Source: a virus (taxonomy: Duplodnaviria > Caudoviricetes). Taken from it: a stretch of 37,317 nucleotides of DNA. Both the position numbers and the translations under genes were made by a program. The notes under the pieces were generated by a model. It did not search any database. It was not told the origin of the DNA and saw nothing but the letters and a program-made list of their open reading frames with translations. Shown here piece after piece: positions 7,755-16,497 of the stretch. The DNA is taken from positions 1 through 37,317 of IMG/VR virus record IMGVR_UViG_3300044723_003130; one strand, given 5' to 3'. Position 1 is the stretch's first letter. Every line of letters starts with the position of its first letter.

Positions 7755-8562
7755 CTGCGTCTTTTAAAACTTTATATTTTACTTTATATCCACTATTAGC
7801 TGCACGTTCTAGATTAGGAATAAATCTATCAGATATACCGTGATATAAAGGAATTAAATCATTAAAAGAAAAATAAGGAAAATCTTCAATATTATCGCTA
7901 GTTAATATATCATCTACTTTTTTAAAATCAGTTTCGTATAAATGACGACTACCTGCTTGTATATTTAATTTACCTAATTTACAATTAATACCTCTTTCAT
8001 TTAATAGTAATGCTAAATAAAAACTTATTGCACTAAAATTAAAACTATCATAAGGTGTACCTAAATAAATATCGTTACTTCTCATTGTAGCAACTGTATG
8101 TAACCATAAAGTATCACTTGCTTTTCTTAAAAAGAATTGTAAAGAAAGAGTACAAGGAATATCTTTACTTGATCTAGGATTCTCTCTCCATATATTTAAT
8201 ACTGCTTGTCTTGTATCTTGATCTTTTTCTAAAATATCTAATACATAAGGTAATTGATCAATGATCTTAGGACCATATGCTCCAAAAAAAGTTATACCAT
8301 TATCACTAAATCTTTTAATAGCACCAGCATATTTTTCTACTGTAGCTACATCATTTTTACCTCTAAGCATCCATGCTGCTTCACCAAACATAAAATCATA
8401 ACTTAATTTTCTATCAGCAATAGTTATAATTGGATTATCCATATCAACAGTCCAACTATCATTTAATATCTCTGCTATTTTTAAACCACGAGGCTTAGTT
8501 ACAAATTCTGGTTGATGATATATAGTCCATATCTTTTTCTTATAATCTAAATTTATACTCAT
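7744..8562 (-). CDS. Thymidylate synthase superfamily enzyme, dCMP hydroxymethylase/methylase-like
   Basis: DTRQAV, catalytic Cys in DIPCTLSLQF, MRSNDIYLGTPYD with Asp at the base-specificity position, GSRHLYE. Confidence 0.82.
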   Translation of the reverse strand: MSINLDYKKKIWTIYHQPEFVTKPRGLKIAEILNDSWTVDMDNPIITIADRKLSYDFMFGEAAWMLRGKNDVATVEKYAGAIKRFSDNGITFFGAYGPKIIDQLPYVLDILEKDQDTRQAVLNIWRENPRSSKDIPCTLSLQFFLRKASDTLWLHTVATMRSNDIYLGTPYDSFNFSAISFYLALLLNERGINCKLGKLNIQAGSRHLYETDFKKVDDILTSDNIEDFPYFSFNDLIPLYHGISDRFIPNLERAANSGYKVKYKVLKDADGI

Positions 8563-9131
8563 AATCCTAAAGCAAAACTCCTATCCATAATTTTATCTGT
8601 TACTTTTTCTAAATTATCACCTTCTTGTAACATATCGTACCTAATAAAATCATTTCTTAATTTTAATGGACTTAGTTCCCATAATACATTTTCTCTATCT
8701 TCAAAACCATGCCAGTAATTATCATAAAGTTCTACTACTTTATCAATGTCATGATATTCTTCGTGTCTTTCTTCTCTATTAATTCTATGATTAGCTTTTA
8801 CTTTTTCAATATTTTCTGGTGAACACCATACATATAAAGCACCTTCTGTTTTTAGTTTATCATAAATAAATCTAGCATTATAACTAGGTCCATCACGATA
8901 GATATAAGAATAACATTGTTCGCTAGGCCAATGTCTATCCATTAAAACTAATTTACCTTCTTTTCTTTTTTTAATTGCTAATCGCATACTAGCTGTATGC
9001 CATAACTTCATATCTTTATGCACTCTTAAATGCATGTAATATGAGTTTTTAAATTCTTTTCTAAAATGATTTATTAAAGTAGTCTTACCTACTCCATCTG
9101 GTCCTTCAAATATTATTATTCTAGCATACAT
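8559..9131 (-). CDS. P-loop dNMP (thymidylate-like) kinase
   Basis: IIIFEGPDGVGKTT Walker A and LMDRHWPSEQCY (DR motif). Confidence 0.82.
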   Translation of the reverse strand: MYARIIIFEGPDGVGKTTLINHFRKEFKNSYYMHLRVHKDMKLWHTASMRLAIKKRKEGKLVLMDRHWPSEQCYSYIYRDGPSYNARFIYDKLKTEGALYVWCSPENIEKVKANHRINREERHEEYHDIDKVVELYDNYWHGFEDRENVLWELSPLKLRNDFIRYDMLQEGDNLEKVTDKIMDRSFALGL

Positions 9132-10150
9132 TTAAAAAAATCTTTCGTTCTTTCTTTACTCCAAAATTTATTATTTAAAATTTCGCTTTGACTATTAAAT
9201 ATTTCTTTTAATTCTTCTTTACTACCTTTTTCTACGATATTAGGATTTATATTTATTCCTAATACTTTAGCTTCTTCAGGGTGAGCATGTACTATACAAC
9301 CAGCATCGTGAGCCATTTTATATCTTACTCTCCACCAACCACTACCTTTAGCTGTATGATAATGTGGTGGACTTATTACACCCCATACTTTTTTATATTC
9401 ATGATACATTTCGTGTTCTTTTAATCTAGTTTGACCTTCTCTTTGATTACCAAATGTTTTTACTCTCCAGTTATAAACTTGTTTATTTAACCAACCTTGT
9501 TTACTAACTAGACTTGCACATATCCATGCATTTTCTTTTACTCTAATAATATCGTCACTACTTGTATTAAATAAATCGTGTTCAGCTTTTTTCTTATAAG
9601 AATCAGTATAAGCAGATGGATCCCAATTAACTATTTCATTTGCTTTTAAACCTAACTCATTGTAATTACCACCATCATATGCTGGTACTAATAATTTATG
9701 TGGCCATTTTTCAAATGCAAATGTATCAACTAAATCTTCAATTTCTTTTTTATAAGGTTGAGCTTCGTCCCAATATACTTTACCTACAGGATTTCCTGCT
9801 TTAGATACTTTTTTCCATATTCTCCAATGACCTCGGCTAAACGTTCCAAAACCACTTACTGAATCTTTAGTTTGCCAATCGTCAATGGAGATTATAGCAT
9901 CGGGTCTTTTAATTATGGTGTATGCCGCACCATACCAATATCTAGCTGATAGACTATTAGGACCGAATACAAATACAAAAACTTTATCATACATTGATAC
10001 ATCTTCTCCCGGGACAATTGCTTTTTGAGTTACATCGTGTCCTAGTTCTTCTAAAACTTTAGGAAGTATTCTAGCTGATGTTGCAATATTTAAAGGTGAT
10101 TTAGCTGTACCAATTGCTAAAGCATTAAATCCCGTGACCAGTATCTTCAT
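9116..10150 (-). CDS. Putative GT-B DNA glycosyltransferase, T4 beta-glucosyltransferase-like
   Basis: N-terminal MKILVTG...LPKVLEELGHDV (GT-B first strand and helix), acidic IDDW, C-terminal GWWRVRYKMAHDAGCIV in the position of the GT-B donor-binding helix; gene context. Confidence 0.55.
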   Translation of the reverse strand: MKILVTGFNALAIGTAKSPLNIATSARILPKVLEELGHDVTQKAIVPGEDVSMYDKVFVFVFGPNSLSARYWYGAAYTIIKRPDAIISIDDWQTKDSVSGFGTFSRGHWRIWKKVSKAGNPVGKVYWDEAQPYKKEIEDLVDTFAFEKWPHKLLVPAYDGGNYNELGLKANEIVNWDPSAYTDSYKKKAEHDLFNTSSDDIIRVKENAWICASLVSKQGWLNKQVYNWRVKTFGNQREGQTRLKEHEMYHEYKKVWGVISPPHYHTAKGSGWWRVRYKMAHDAGCIVHAHPEEAKVLGININPNIVEKGSKEELKEIFNSQSEILNNKFWSKERTKDFFKCMLE

Positions 10151-10580
10151 TCTGTTTCTCTCTTTCTTCGTAAATTACTTGTTCAATATCTGGAGCTTTC
10201 CAGTTTTTTGGTTTAATAACATCAAACGCTGTACCTCGTTTTTTAGATTTACTTTTAGCTCTTATCTTACTCATATTTGCTCGTTGTACTTCGTTCCATG
10301 CTTTTTCAAATGGAAGATTAAATAACCACGCTGTACCTAAAGCTATATAAACTATATCAACAAGAGCATCTAAAGCACCTGCTGCATCTTTTTTAGTAAT
10401 CGCTTGAGTGTATTCAGCTAATTCTTCCATTAAAAAAGAAGTTCTAAAATTTACTAATTCGTTATTATCAGGTATACCAACTTTTTCGTTCTTTTCAAAC
10501 TCAAATTTTTTATGAAAAGCATCAATATCTTTTATTAAAGTATCTTTATCCATATCGTCAAACATATTTACATCACTCAT
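10125..10580 (-). CDS. MazG-like / PRA-PH family nucleotide pyrophosphohydrolase
   Basis: EELAEY...DALVDIVY..WNEVQRANMSK, typical of DR2231-like all-alpha NTP-PPases. Confidence 0.8.
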   Translation of the reverse strand: MSDVNMFDDMDKDTLIKDIDAFHKKFEFEKNEKVGIPDNNELVNFRTSFLMEELAEYTQAITKKDAAGALDALVDIVYIALGTAWLFNLPFEKAWNEVQRANMSKIRAKSKSKKRGTAFDVIKPKNWKAPDIEQVIYEEREKQNEDTGHGI

Positions 10581-11638
10581 TATAGTAACGTTGCCTGTTC
10601 TGGCACCTTTCTAAAATCTATTATTTGTAATTCTTCTTCTTTTTTATTTTTTTCTTTTATACTATTTTTAACTATCCTTGCTACATATTCAGCTACAGGT
10701 GGCATTACTCCTCTAGCAATTTGTGAACCTATAGTCGAAGATGGTCCTTCCCATTTATAATCTACAGGATACCCTGCCATATAAGCTAATTCTTTATGAC
10801 CAAATAATCTATCTTCTGTAGGGTGAATATAAAATCCTCCAGCAATAACTGGTATATGAGCATTTTCTTTTAATCTCCATTTCATAAACTGAGGTCTACC
10901 TTTAACTCCTCCACGCATTCCACCTCTTACCCAAGTTTCAGGTGGATTAAATCTTTCCCATGTAACTCTTAAACTTTCACCTTGTTTACAATGTTTAAGA
11001 TAAGGTTTTTCGTTTTCTCCTAATTTCATTAAGTGACCAATGTCTGATCCATGTTCCTCTTTAAATTGTCCTAATACTTCACCAGCAGTTGGTAATGGTT
11101 GAAAGTTAAGTATATGTGGATTTAAATTATGTTTAGTTGCTATAAAGAAAAATCTTTTTCTTGAGTGATTTAATCCTGTAAACCCTCCATCAATTAATAA
11201 ATGAGTTACCTGATACCCTAAATCAATTGCTTCTTTACTTAATTCAGTTATCATAGGTCTTCCACCATTAATCGAATAAACTCTAGGTACTGATTCAATC
11301 GCAATAGCTTGTGGCTCTAACTCTTTTAATAAATTAAAACTATCTCTCCAACATTTAATTCTAGGGTCATTTCTCCATGCGCCTGCACCTTTTTGAGCTC
11401 CACCTAAATTAGACCATGGAGCACATGGTGGATTACAATATACGAAATCTATTTTATTTTTAAATTTTTTTCTAGGCCATTCATCTTCACCTTCGTAAAT
11501 TGGTAAATCTGGAAAATTAGCTTTAACTGTTTTTTTATATAAACCTGGTTTCATTTCAAAATGTGCTTGAACATCAAAATGTTTTTGTACACCTAAAGTA
11601 AAACCACCTGCAAATATATAAGTTCCTAATGCTTTCAT
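10580..11638 (-). CDS. Divergent DNA cytosine-C5 methyltransferase
   Basis: Motif I YIFAGGF, motif IV NPPC, motif VI ESV, motif VIII HSRKR, C-terminal QIARGV.PP. Confidence 0.8.
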   Translation of the reverse strand: MKALGTYIFAGGFTLGVQKHFDVQAHFEMKPGLYKKTVKANFPDLPIYEGEDEWPRKKFKNKIDFVYCNPPCAPWSNLGGAQKGAGAWRNDPRIKCWRDSFNLLKELEPQAIAIESVPRVYSINGGRPMITELSKEAIDLGYQVTHLLIDGGFTGLNHSRKRFFFIATKHNLNPHILNFQPLPTAGEVLGQFKEEHGSDIGHLMKLGENEKPYLKHCKQGESLRVTWERFNPPETWVRGGMRGGVKGRPQFMKWRLKENAHIPVIAGGFYIHPTEDRLFGHKELAYMAGYPVDYKWEGPSSTIGSQIARGVMPPVAEYVARIVKNSIKEKNKKEEELQIIDFRKVPEQATLL

Positions 11639-13149
11639 CTAATTTCGTAACTATACTTCGTTTCAGGTTGCAATATAAACAAATTTTTGCGTGCTCTAGT
11701 TACAGCAACATAAAACACTCTATGTTCGTCATCTGGTTCTGTATTTAATTTTCTCCAAGTTCTATACGAAATATCCGATATAACAACAACATTATCACTT
11801 TCACCACCTTTTATTCCATGTATTGTTGATAATCTTATACGAGCTTTGTTCTTAAATAAATCACCAGATTTTTGTAATGATTCAAACATTAATATATCTT
11901 CTGGATCTAATCCATAAATTACATCTTGCCATTCACCTTCTGCTATTAGTCCACAATTTTCTCTTAAATAATCTATATCAAAATTTAAAGTTTGATCAAC
12001 ACCTTCTAATTTTTTAAATCCTCTTTTAATTGATACTTTACCATATAAACATTGATAGAGCTTTTTTAGTTCTTCAAATATAATTGTTTCGCCTTTATTT
12101 AATTTAATCCAAGCTCTTATTGCAATTACATATTTATTAGTTTTAAATTCGTGATAACCTTTTTCATAAAACCAACCCATTCTTTTACAGTAAGCTTCAG
12201 TTCTATTTAATTGGTAACCTGATCTAGCTAATACTAACCATTCACCTTTTGACATATCAACATCTTCTATTGCTGTAATTTCATTTACTGATCCAAGATC
12301 ATCTCTACAAGACCATTCTTTAGTTTGTCTTAAAGATATTTTATTTGATATATCGCAAGCAAGTTTATGAATAGTTTTAGGAAGTCTATAACTAATTGGT
12401 AATACTTCAACTTTACCCTCTATATCTAAAAACTTTTTAACATCAGCACCTGCCCATTTATATATCGCTTGATCATCGTCACCTGCTATATATCTAAACT
12501 TACAATGCTCTGATAACTTTTCAATTACTTTCCATTGTTTAGTTGTTAAGTCTTGAGCTTCGTCAACAAATATAATATCTAAATGTGGTACAGTTTTCTC
12601 TAATAAAAATACATCTAACATATCTGTAAAATCTAATAATTTTTTTTCTCTTTTAAAACTAGCTAATGCTTTTGAAAAGTATTCTTGTTCTTCCCATGAG
12701 TGATCACACTCTAATTCTCTCCATACATCTTTTAAATTTCTTTCGCTTGATCTTGTAACTTCATCACAAAATAAAAGTAAATCACCTTTTTTACTTCCTA
12801 TAGTTAAACCTGATGTATCTTCGTCAGATACACCTGACATTTCTATTCTAGCAACTTCACTAAATTCTTTTACTCGTTCACCTTTAAATACTTGACCACT
12901 ATTTATATTTAAAGTTCTATAACATAAACTATGTATCGTTCTAAAGTATTCTAAATTATCTTCATCTATTTCAAACTTTTTAATAACACGTCTTCGTGCC
13001 TCTCTTATAGCTCTACGTGTAAAAGAAAAATATCCAATTCGTAAAGGATTATATCCTTCTGCGATTTTTTTCTCTAGTATATCTAATAACGTTGTTGTCT
13101 TCCCTGTACCTGGGCTTCCGAATATTTTTATTGTTTGACAATTGCTCAT
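11635..13149 (-). CDS. SF1 UvrD/Rep-like helicase
   Basis: GSPGTGKTT, VDEAQD, GDDDQAIY, SYR, STIHGIKGGE, YVAVTRAR. Confidence 0.92.
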   Translation of the reverse strand: MSNCQTIKIFGSPGTGKTTTLLDILEKKIAEGYNPLRIGYFSFTRRAIREARRRVIKKFEIDEDNLEYFRTIHSLCYRTLNINSGQVFKGERVKEFSEVARIEMSGVSDEDTSGLTIGSKKGDLLLFCDEVTRSSERNLKDVWRELECDHSWEEQEYFSKALASFKREKKLLDFTDMLDVFLLEKTVPHLDIIFVDEAQDLTTKQWKVIEKLSEHCKFRYIAGDDDQAIYKWAGADVKKFLDIEGKVEVLPISYRLPKTIHKLACDISNKISLRQTKEWSCRDDLGSVNEITAIEDVDMSKGEWLVLARSGYQLNRTEAYCKRMGWFYEKGYHEFKTNKYVIAIRAWIKLNKGETIIFEELKKLYQCLYGKVSIKRGFKKLEGVDQTLNFDIDYLRENCGLIAEGEWQDVIYGLDPEDILMFESLQKSGDLFKNKARIRLSTIHGIKGGESDNVVVISDISYRTWRKLNTEPDDEHRVFYVAVTRARKNLFILQPETKYSYEIR

Positions 13150-13240
13150 TTAACCTACATGTTGCACAATAGTATTTTTTATTATGTATAACGTGTGCTA
13201 CGTTTTTACACTTATGACAAACTTTAACTACACTTAGCAT
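13049..13240 (-). CDS. Small zinc-finger-like protein (CHKC...CATC) overlapping the helicase gene
   Basis: Fills the gap between the exonuclease and helicase genes; two CxxC pairs; start chosen at ATG 13240. Confidence 0.5.
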   Translation of the reverse strand: MLSVVKVCHKCKNVAHVIHNKKYYCATCRLNEQLSNNKNIRKPRYREDNNVIRYTREKNRRRI

Positions 13241-14027
13241 AGATTTTTTTAAGAACATCATATTGTTTAGTAGATACTAAAATATGTTCATCAAATTTAT
13301 CCATCTTTTCTATTAAAGATTGACAAAAATTATTTTCCCAATCATTTAATTTAGTTGAATCTACATTATTTATAAACTTAACTAAATTTTTATATTTTTC
13401 TCCATCTATTTTTTTTAATAATTCTTTAGGAATAGCTTGATGAGTTTGTAATAATATTCCTTTTCTTCTTAAATGAAAATAAAGCTCTCTACATAATTGA
13501 ACATCTAATAATGCATCATGGTAGTTTTGTACTCCTCTATGAAAGAAGTGATTAAAACATTCTTCTAATTTAGGAAATTTATAATCATTATACTTACCTT
13601 CTAATTTCATTTCATTCTTAGCAGTCATCATTGTACAATGTAAATTATTTGGTATTTTATACATAAAATTTAATAAATTAAATTCACGTTCTAACATTTG
13701 TAAATCAAATGCTAAATTATGTGCAACTAAAGTATGACACTTACTCATAAAATAACTTAAAGTTGACATTGCATACTTAGCTGATATACCTGTTTCTTGT
13801 GCTTCTTTAGTTGTTATACCATTAATATCAGAAGCTTCTTTAGGTATAGTAAATTCTGGATACTCATTATTTTTAGGCTCTATTCTAGTTGAATATTGAG
13901 CTACAATCTTTTCGTTATCATCTGTAACTTGAAAAGCTAAACTAACAAGTCTAGGTTGATCTTCGTGATTAGGATTTAAATCTCTACGCCACAGGCCATT
14001 AGTTTCTGTATCAAAAAATAAAATCAT
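13224..14027 (-). CDS. DEDDh 3'-5' exonuclease (DnaQ/epsilon-like) with C-terminal extension
   Basis: FFDTETNG, AHNLAFD, HDALLDV. Confidence 0.88.
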   Translation of the reverse strand: MILFFDTETNGLWRRDLNPNHEDQPRLVSLAFQVTDDNEKIVAQYSTRIEPKNNEYPEFTIPKEASDINGITTKEAQETGISAKYAMSTLSYFMSKCHTLVAHNLAFDLQMLEREFNLLNFMYKIPNNLHCTMMTAKNEMKLEGKYNDYKFPKLEECFNHFFHRGVQNYHDALLDVQLCRELYFHLRRKGILLQTHQAIPKELLKKIDGEKYKNLVKFINNVDSTKLNDWENNFCQSLIEKMDKFDEHILVSTKQYDVLKKIYAKCS

Positions 14028-14224
14028 TATATTCCTTTTTTAATATTAGATGAAATACCTTGTATTTGTACTTTAGCATCAATCTTATTTTTCTCTATTT
14101 CTTTTTGCATAAATAAAATTGCAGCTGTTAAAGAATCACTTTCAACAGCATAAGCATCGTCATTAGGATCAGTGCTTCGTATAGCATGTTCTAATAAGAT
14201 ATTAATTGCTCGTTCTCTATTCAT
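14027..14224 (-). CDS. Hypothetical protein
   Basis: 65-aa ORF overlapping both neighbours in the operon. Confidence 0.6.
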   Translation of the reverse strand: MNRERAINILLEHAIRSTDPNDDAYAVESDSLTAAILFMQKEIEKNKIDAKVQIQGISSNIKKGI

Positions 14225-15734
14225 AAGCTTCCTTCTCTATTTTTGGTTGTTTAAATTCTTCAGTTTGTGTTTCAAAGTTTTTAATTGCCCATGTATTAAC
14301 GTATTTACCTTTTACTTTTTTTCCTTCGTGTTGAGCACCTAAATCTTTTAAATAAGCAGTTATCTGATTTAATTTAAATTCTTTAAATCTATGTCTATCT
14401 AAAAATTCCATAAAATCATTTATTCTAAATTGTGTATGAGTATCTTGTATTACTGCTTTACCTCTTAATATATCTTCAAACTCTGTAGATGATGTAGACC
14501 CTGTACAAAATCTTTCTAATAAATCTTTTAATCTACCTTCATTACTTGAATCATCAGAAGCTTCAACTGGTATTACTCTAGACATTAAATCATTAACTGA
14601 TTCTACCCATAGCTTGTCATTCAGCTTAGGAAGTAACATATCTAAATGTTCAAATACTACTTCTTTAAAATCTAAAAAATTATAAATCTGTTTACTATTT
14701 AATGGACCTATCTTTCTTTCATTTATAGTTAAAAAATATTGTGGTGGTTTAGTTAATATTTTAGTAATACTATTTAAAACAGGCATAGTACCATCATCAC
14801 TTATACCAAATTCACATGTTAAACATTTAGTTTTATTACAGACTGAATTAATAGGACTATCTTTACATTTATAATTGTAAGTTTTTTTATCTAAACTATT
14901 TAATACTGATGTAAATTCTCTAGGTTTTAATGGTGGATCTAAATACTCATCATTATATTCTTCTAACTTTTCTTGCCATTCGTCTGGAAATCTTTTTCTT
15001 AAATAAACTCCAATATTAAATAATCCATTATTTCTACCACCTTCTCCTAAAGCACCTTGAGATAATAAATCTTGTAAGCAAGGTGGTCCTCCTGGTAATA
15101 TTTCATTTGACTTATTTACTTTTTTTATAAAACTTAAATCAATTTCATCTAAACTATTAACTGCAAACTTTTCAACCCATTGAATAAAATGTTGAATACT
15201 TAAAGCTTTACCATCATAAACTGCATATCTATCTGTTTCATCACCTCCAAAGTATGGCATATTAAGCCAACTACCTACATCTTTTTCATCTAATAATTTA
15301 GATTGTTGAGGTCTTAAATCGTATTTAACAAAACCAAAAGCTTTTTGAATTTCTTTTAATTTATCTATCATTGATTTTGCACTTACAAATTTTTTAGTAA
15401 ATACAAATATATGTGCTCCGCCTGATTTTGATCTACAAACTAATAAATTCTTTTTAACAAATTGTTTTGATATTTTTTCAATATCAACTGAATAATCATC
15501 TACGTCAAGACAACCCCATTTACATTTGCTGTCTTCGTTAATAGGAATAACACCTAGACCTGTTTTACTGTCTAGGTGTTCAATCCATAAGTTTTCACTG
15601 TAACTCTCTCTTAATGTTTTTCCATAACCATCGAGCTTAGGACCTTTTCTTTCTGTTATAAAGAATTGGCCATAAGCTCTAGTTAAACCTGGAAATATCT
15701 CAAAGAGTTTTTTAGAAAGGTGCGTCTTCTCCAC
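14217..15734 (-). CDS. AEP-family primase/primase-polymerase with PriCT-like domain
   Basis: WGCLDVDDY (DxD), RSKSGGAH (SxxGxH), GGRNNGLF, Cys cluster CKD...C...C..C. GTG start after GGAGG. Confidence 0.78.
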   Translation of the reverse strand: MEKTHLSKKLFEIFPGLTRAYGQFFITERKGPKLDGYGKTLRESYSENLWIEHLDSKTGLGVIPINEDSKCKWGCLDVDDYSVDIEKISKQFVKKNLLVCRSKSGGAHIFVFTKKFVSAKSMIDKLKEIQKAFGFVKYDLRPQQSKLLDEKDVGSWLNMPYFGGDETDRYAVYDGKALSIQHFIQWVEKFAVNSLDEIDLSFIKKVNKSNEILPGGPPCLQDLLSQGALGEGGRNNGLFNIGVYLRKRFPDEWQEKLEEYNDEYLDPPLKPREFTSVLNSLDKKTYNYKCKDSPINSVCNKTKCLTCEFGISDDGTMPVLNSITKILTKPPQYFLTINERKIGPLNSKQIYNFLDFKEVVFEHLDMLLPKLNDKLWVESVNDLMSRVIPVEASDDSSNEGRLKDLLERFCTGSTSSTEFEDILRGKAVIQDTHTQFRINDFMEFLDRHRFKEFKLNQITAYLKDLGAQHEGKKVKGKYVNTWAIKNFETQTEEFKQPKIEKEAYE

Positions 15735-16497
15735 TTTCCTCCGTACTCGCTGTTTCTGTATCTACAGGCTCTGATGCTTTAACTTTACCAGTTGTAACTG
15801 AATCAGCAAAAGCTTGTGCTTGTTTAAATACATCTTGAGATTTAATTTGACCAGTTTCTTCTATTTTATATTTGTGCCAACTACCTAAATCGTTTTCTGC
15901 TTGAACAGTAGATAGATTAAACTCAAATAAAAATGAAGGTGGTTCTACAGTTTGACCTTTAACATTCATTCGTTTCAATTTTAAAAGTGTATTCCACTTT
16001 CTTGAAACAGATAAATTACTAGAAGTCATTGTAAGTACAGCAGGTTCATATGCATCACCATTCTTAACTAATACATAATGTTCTGCGGTATCAACTATTT
16101 GATTTTCACCTAACATTGACTTTTTAGTTTTAGGATCTATTGTAGTACCTTCAGGTTTATAATCGTGTACAGCAACTAATCCGCCACCTTTATCTCTAGG
16201 AACCCACTCTACATAAGATTTTTTATATCCACATGGGATTATTGTTAATCCATCTGTATATAAAGTATTAGAAACAGTATTAAAGATATGACCTTCGTCA
16301 GCACCATCAATATATTTCTCATCTTTTTTCTTACGTTGTGGAGACCCTGATTGAACAATCGCTAATCTAGGAATAGTAATATCGTCATTACCGACATTTT
16401 GTAAACCTTGACCAGCAGATTTAATAATCAAATCTGCAGATAAATCGCCTAATGCAACTTCTGAGTTTGACTTTTTTGCTACTTGTTTATCACTCAT
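15712..16497 (-). CDS. Putative single-stranded DNA-binding protein
   Basis: Located directly upstream of the primase; acidic tail ending EESGEDAPF, like SSB C-termini. Confidence 0.6.
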   Translation of the reverse strand: MSDKQVAKKSNSEVALGDLSADLIIKSAGQGLQNVGNDDITIPRLAIVQSGSPQRKKKDEKYIDGADEGHIFNTVSNTLYTDGLTIIPCGYKKSYVEWVPRDKGGGLVAVHDYKPEGTTIDPKTKKSMLGENQIVDTAEHYVLVKNGDAYEPAVLTMTSSNLSVSRKWNTLLKLKRMNVKGQTVEPPSFLFEFNLSTVQAENDLGSWHKYKIEETGQIKSQDVFKQAQAFADSVTTGKVKASEPVDTETASTEESGEDAPF

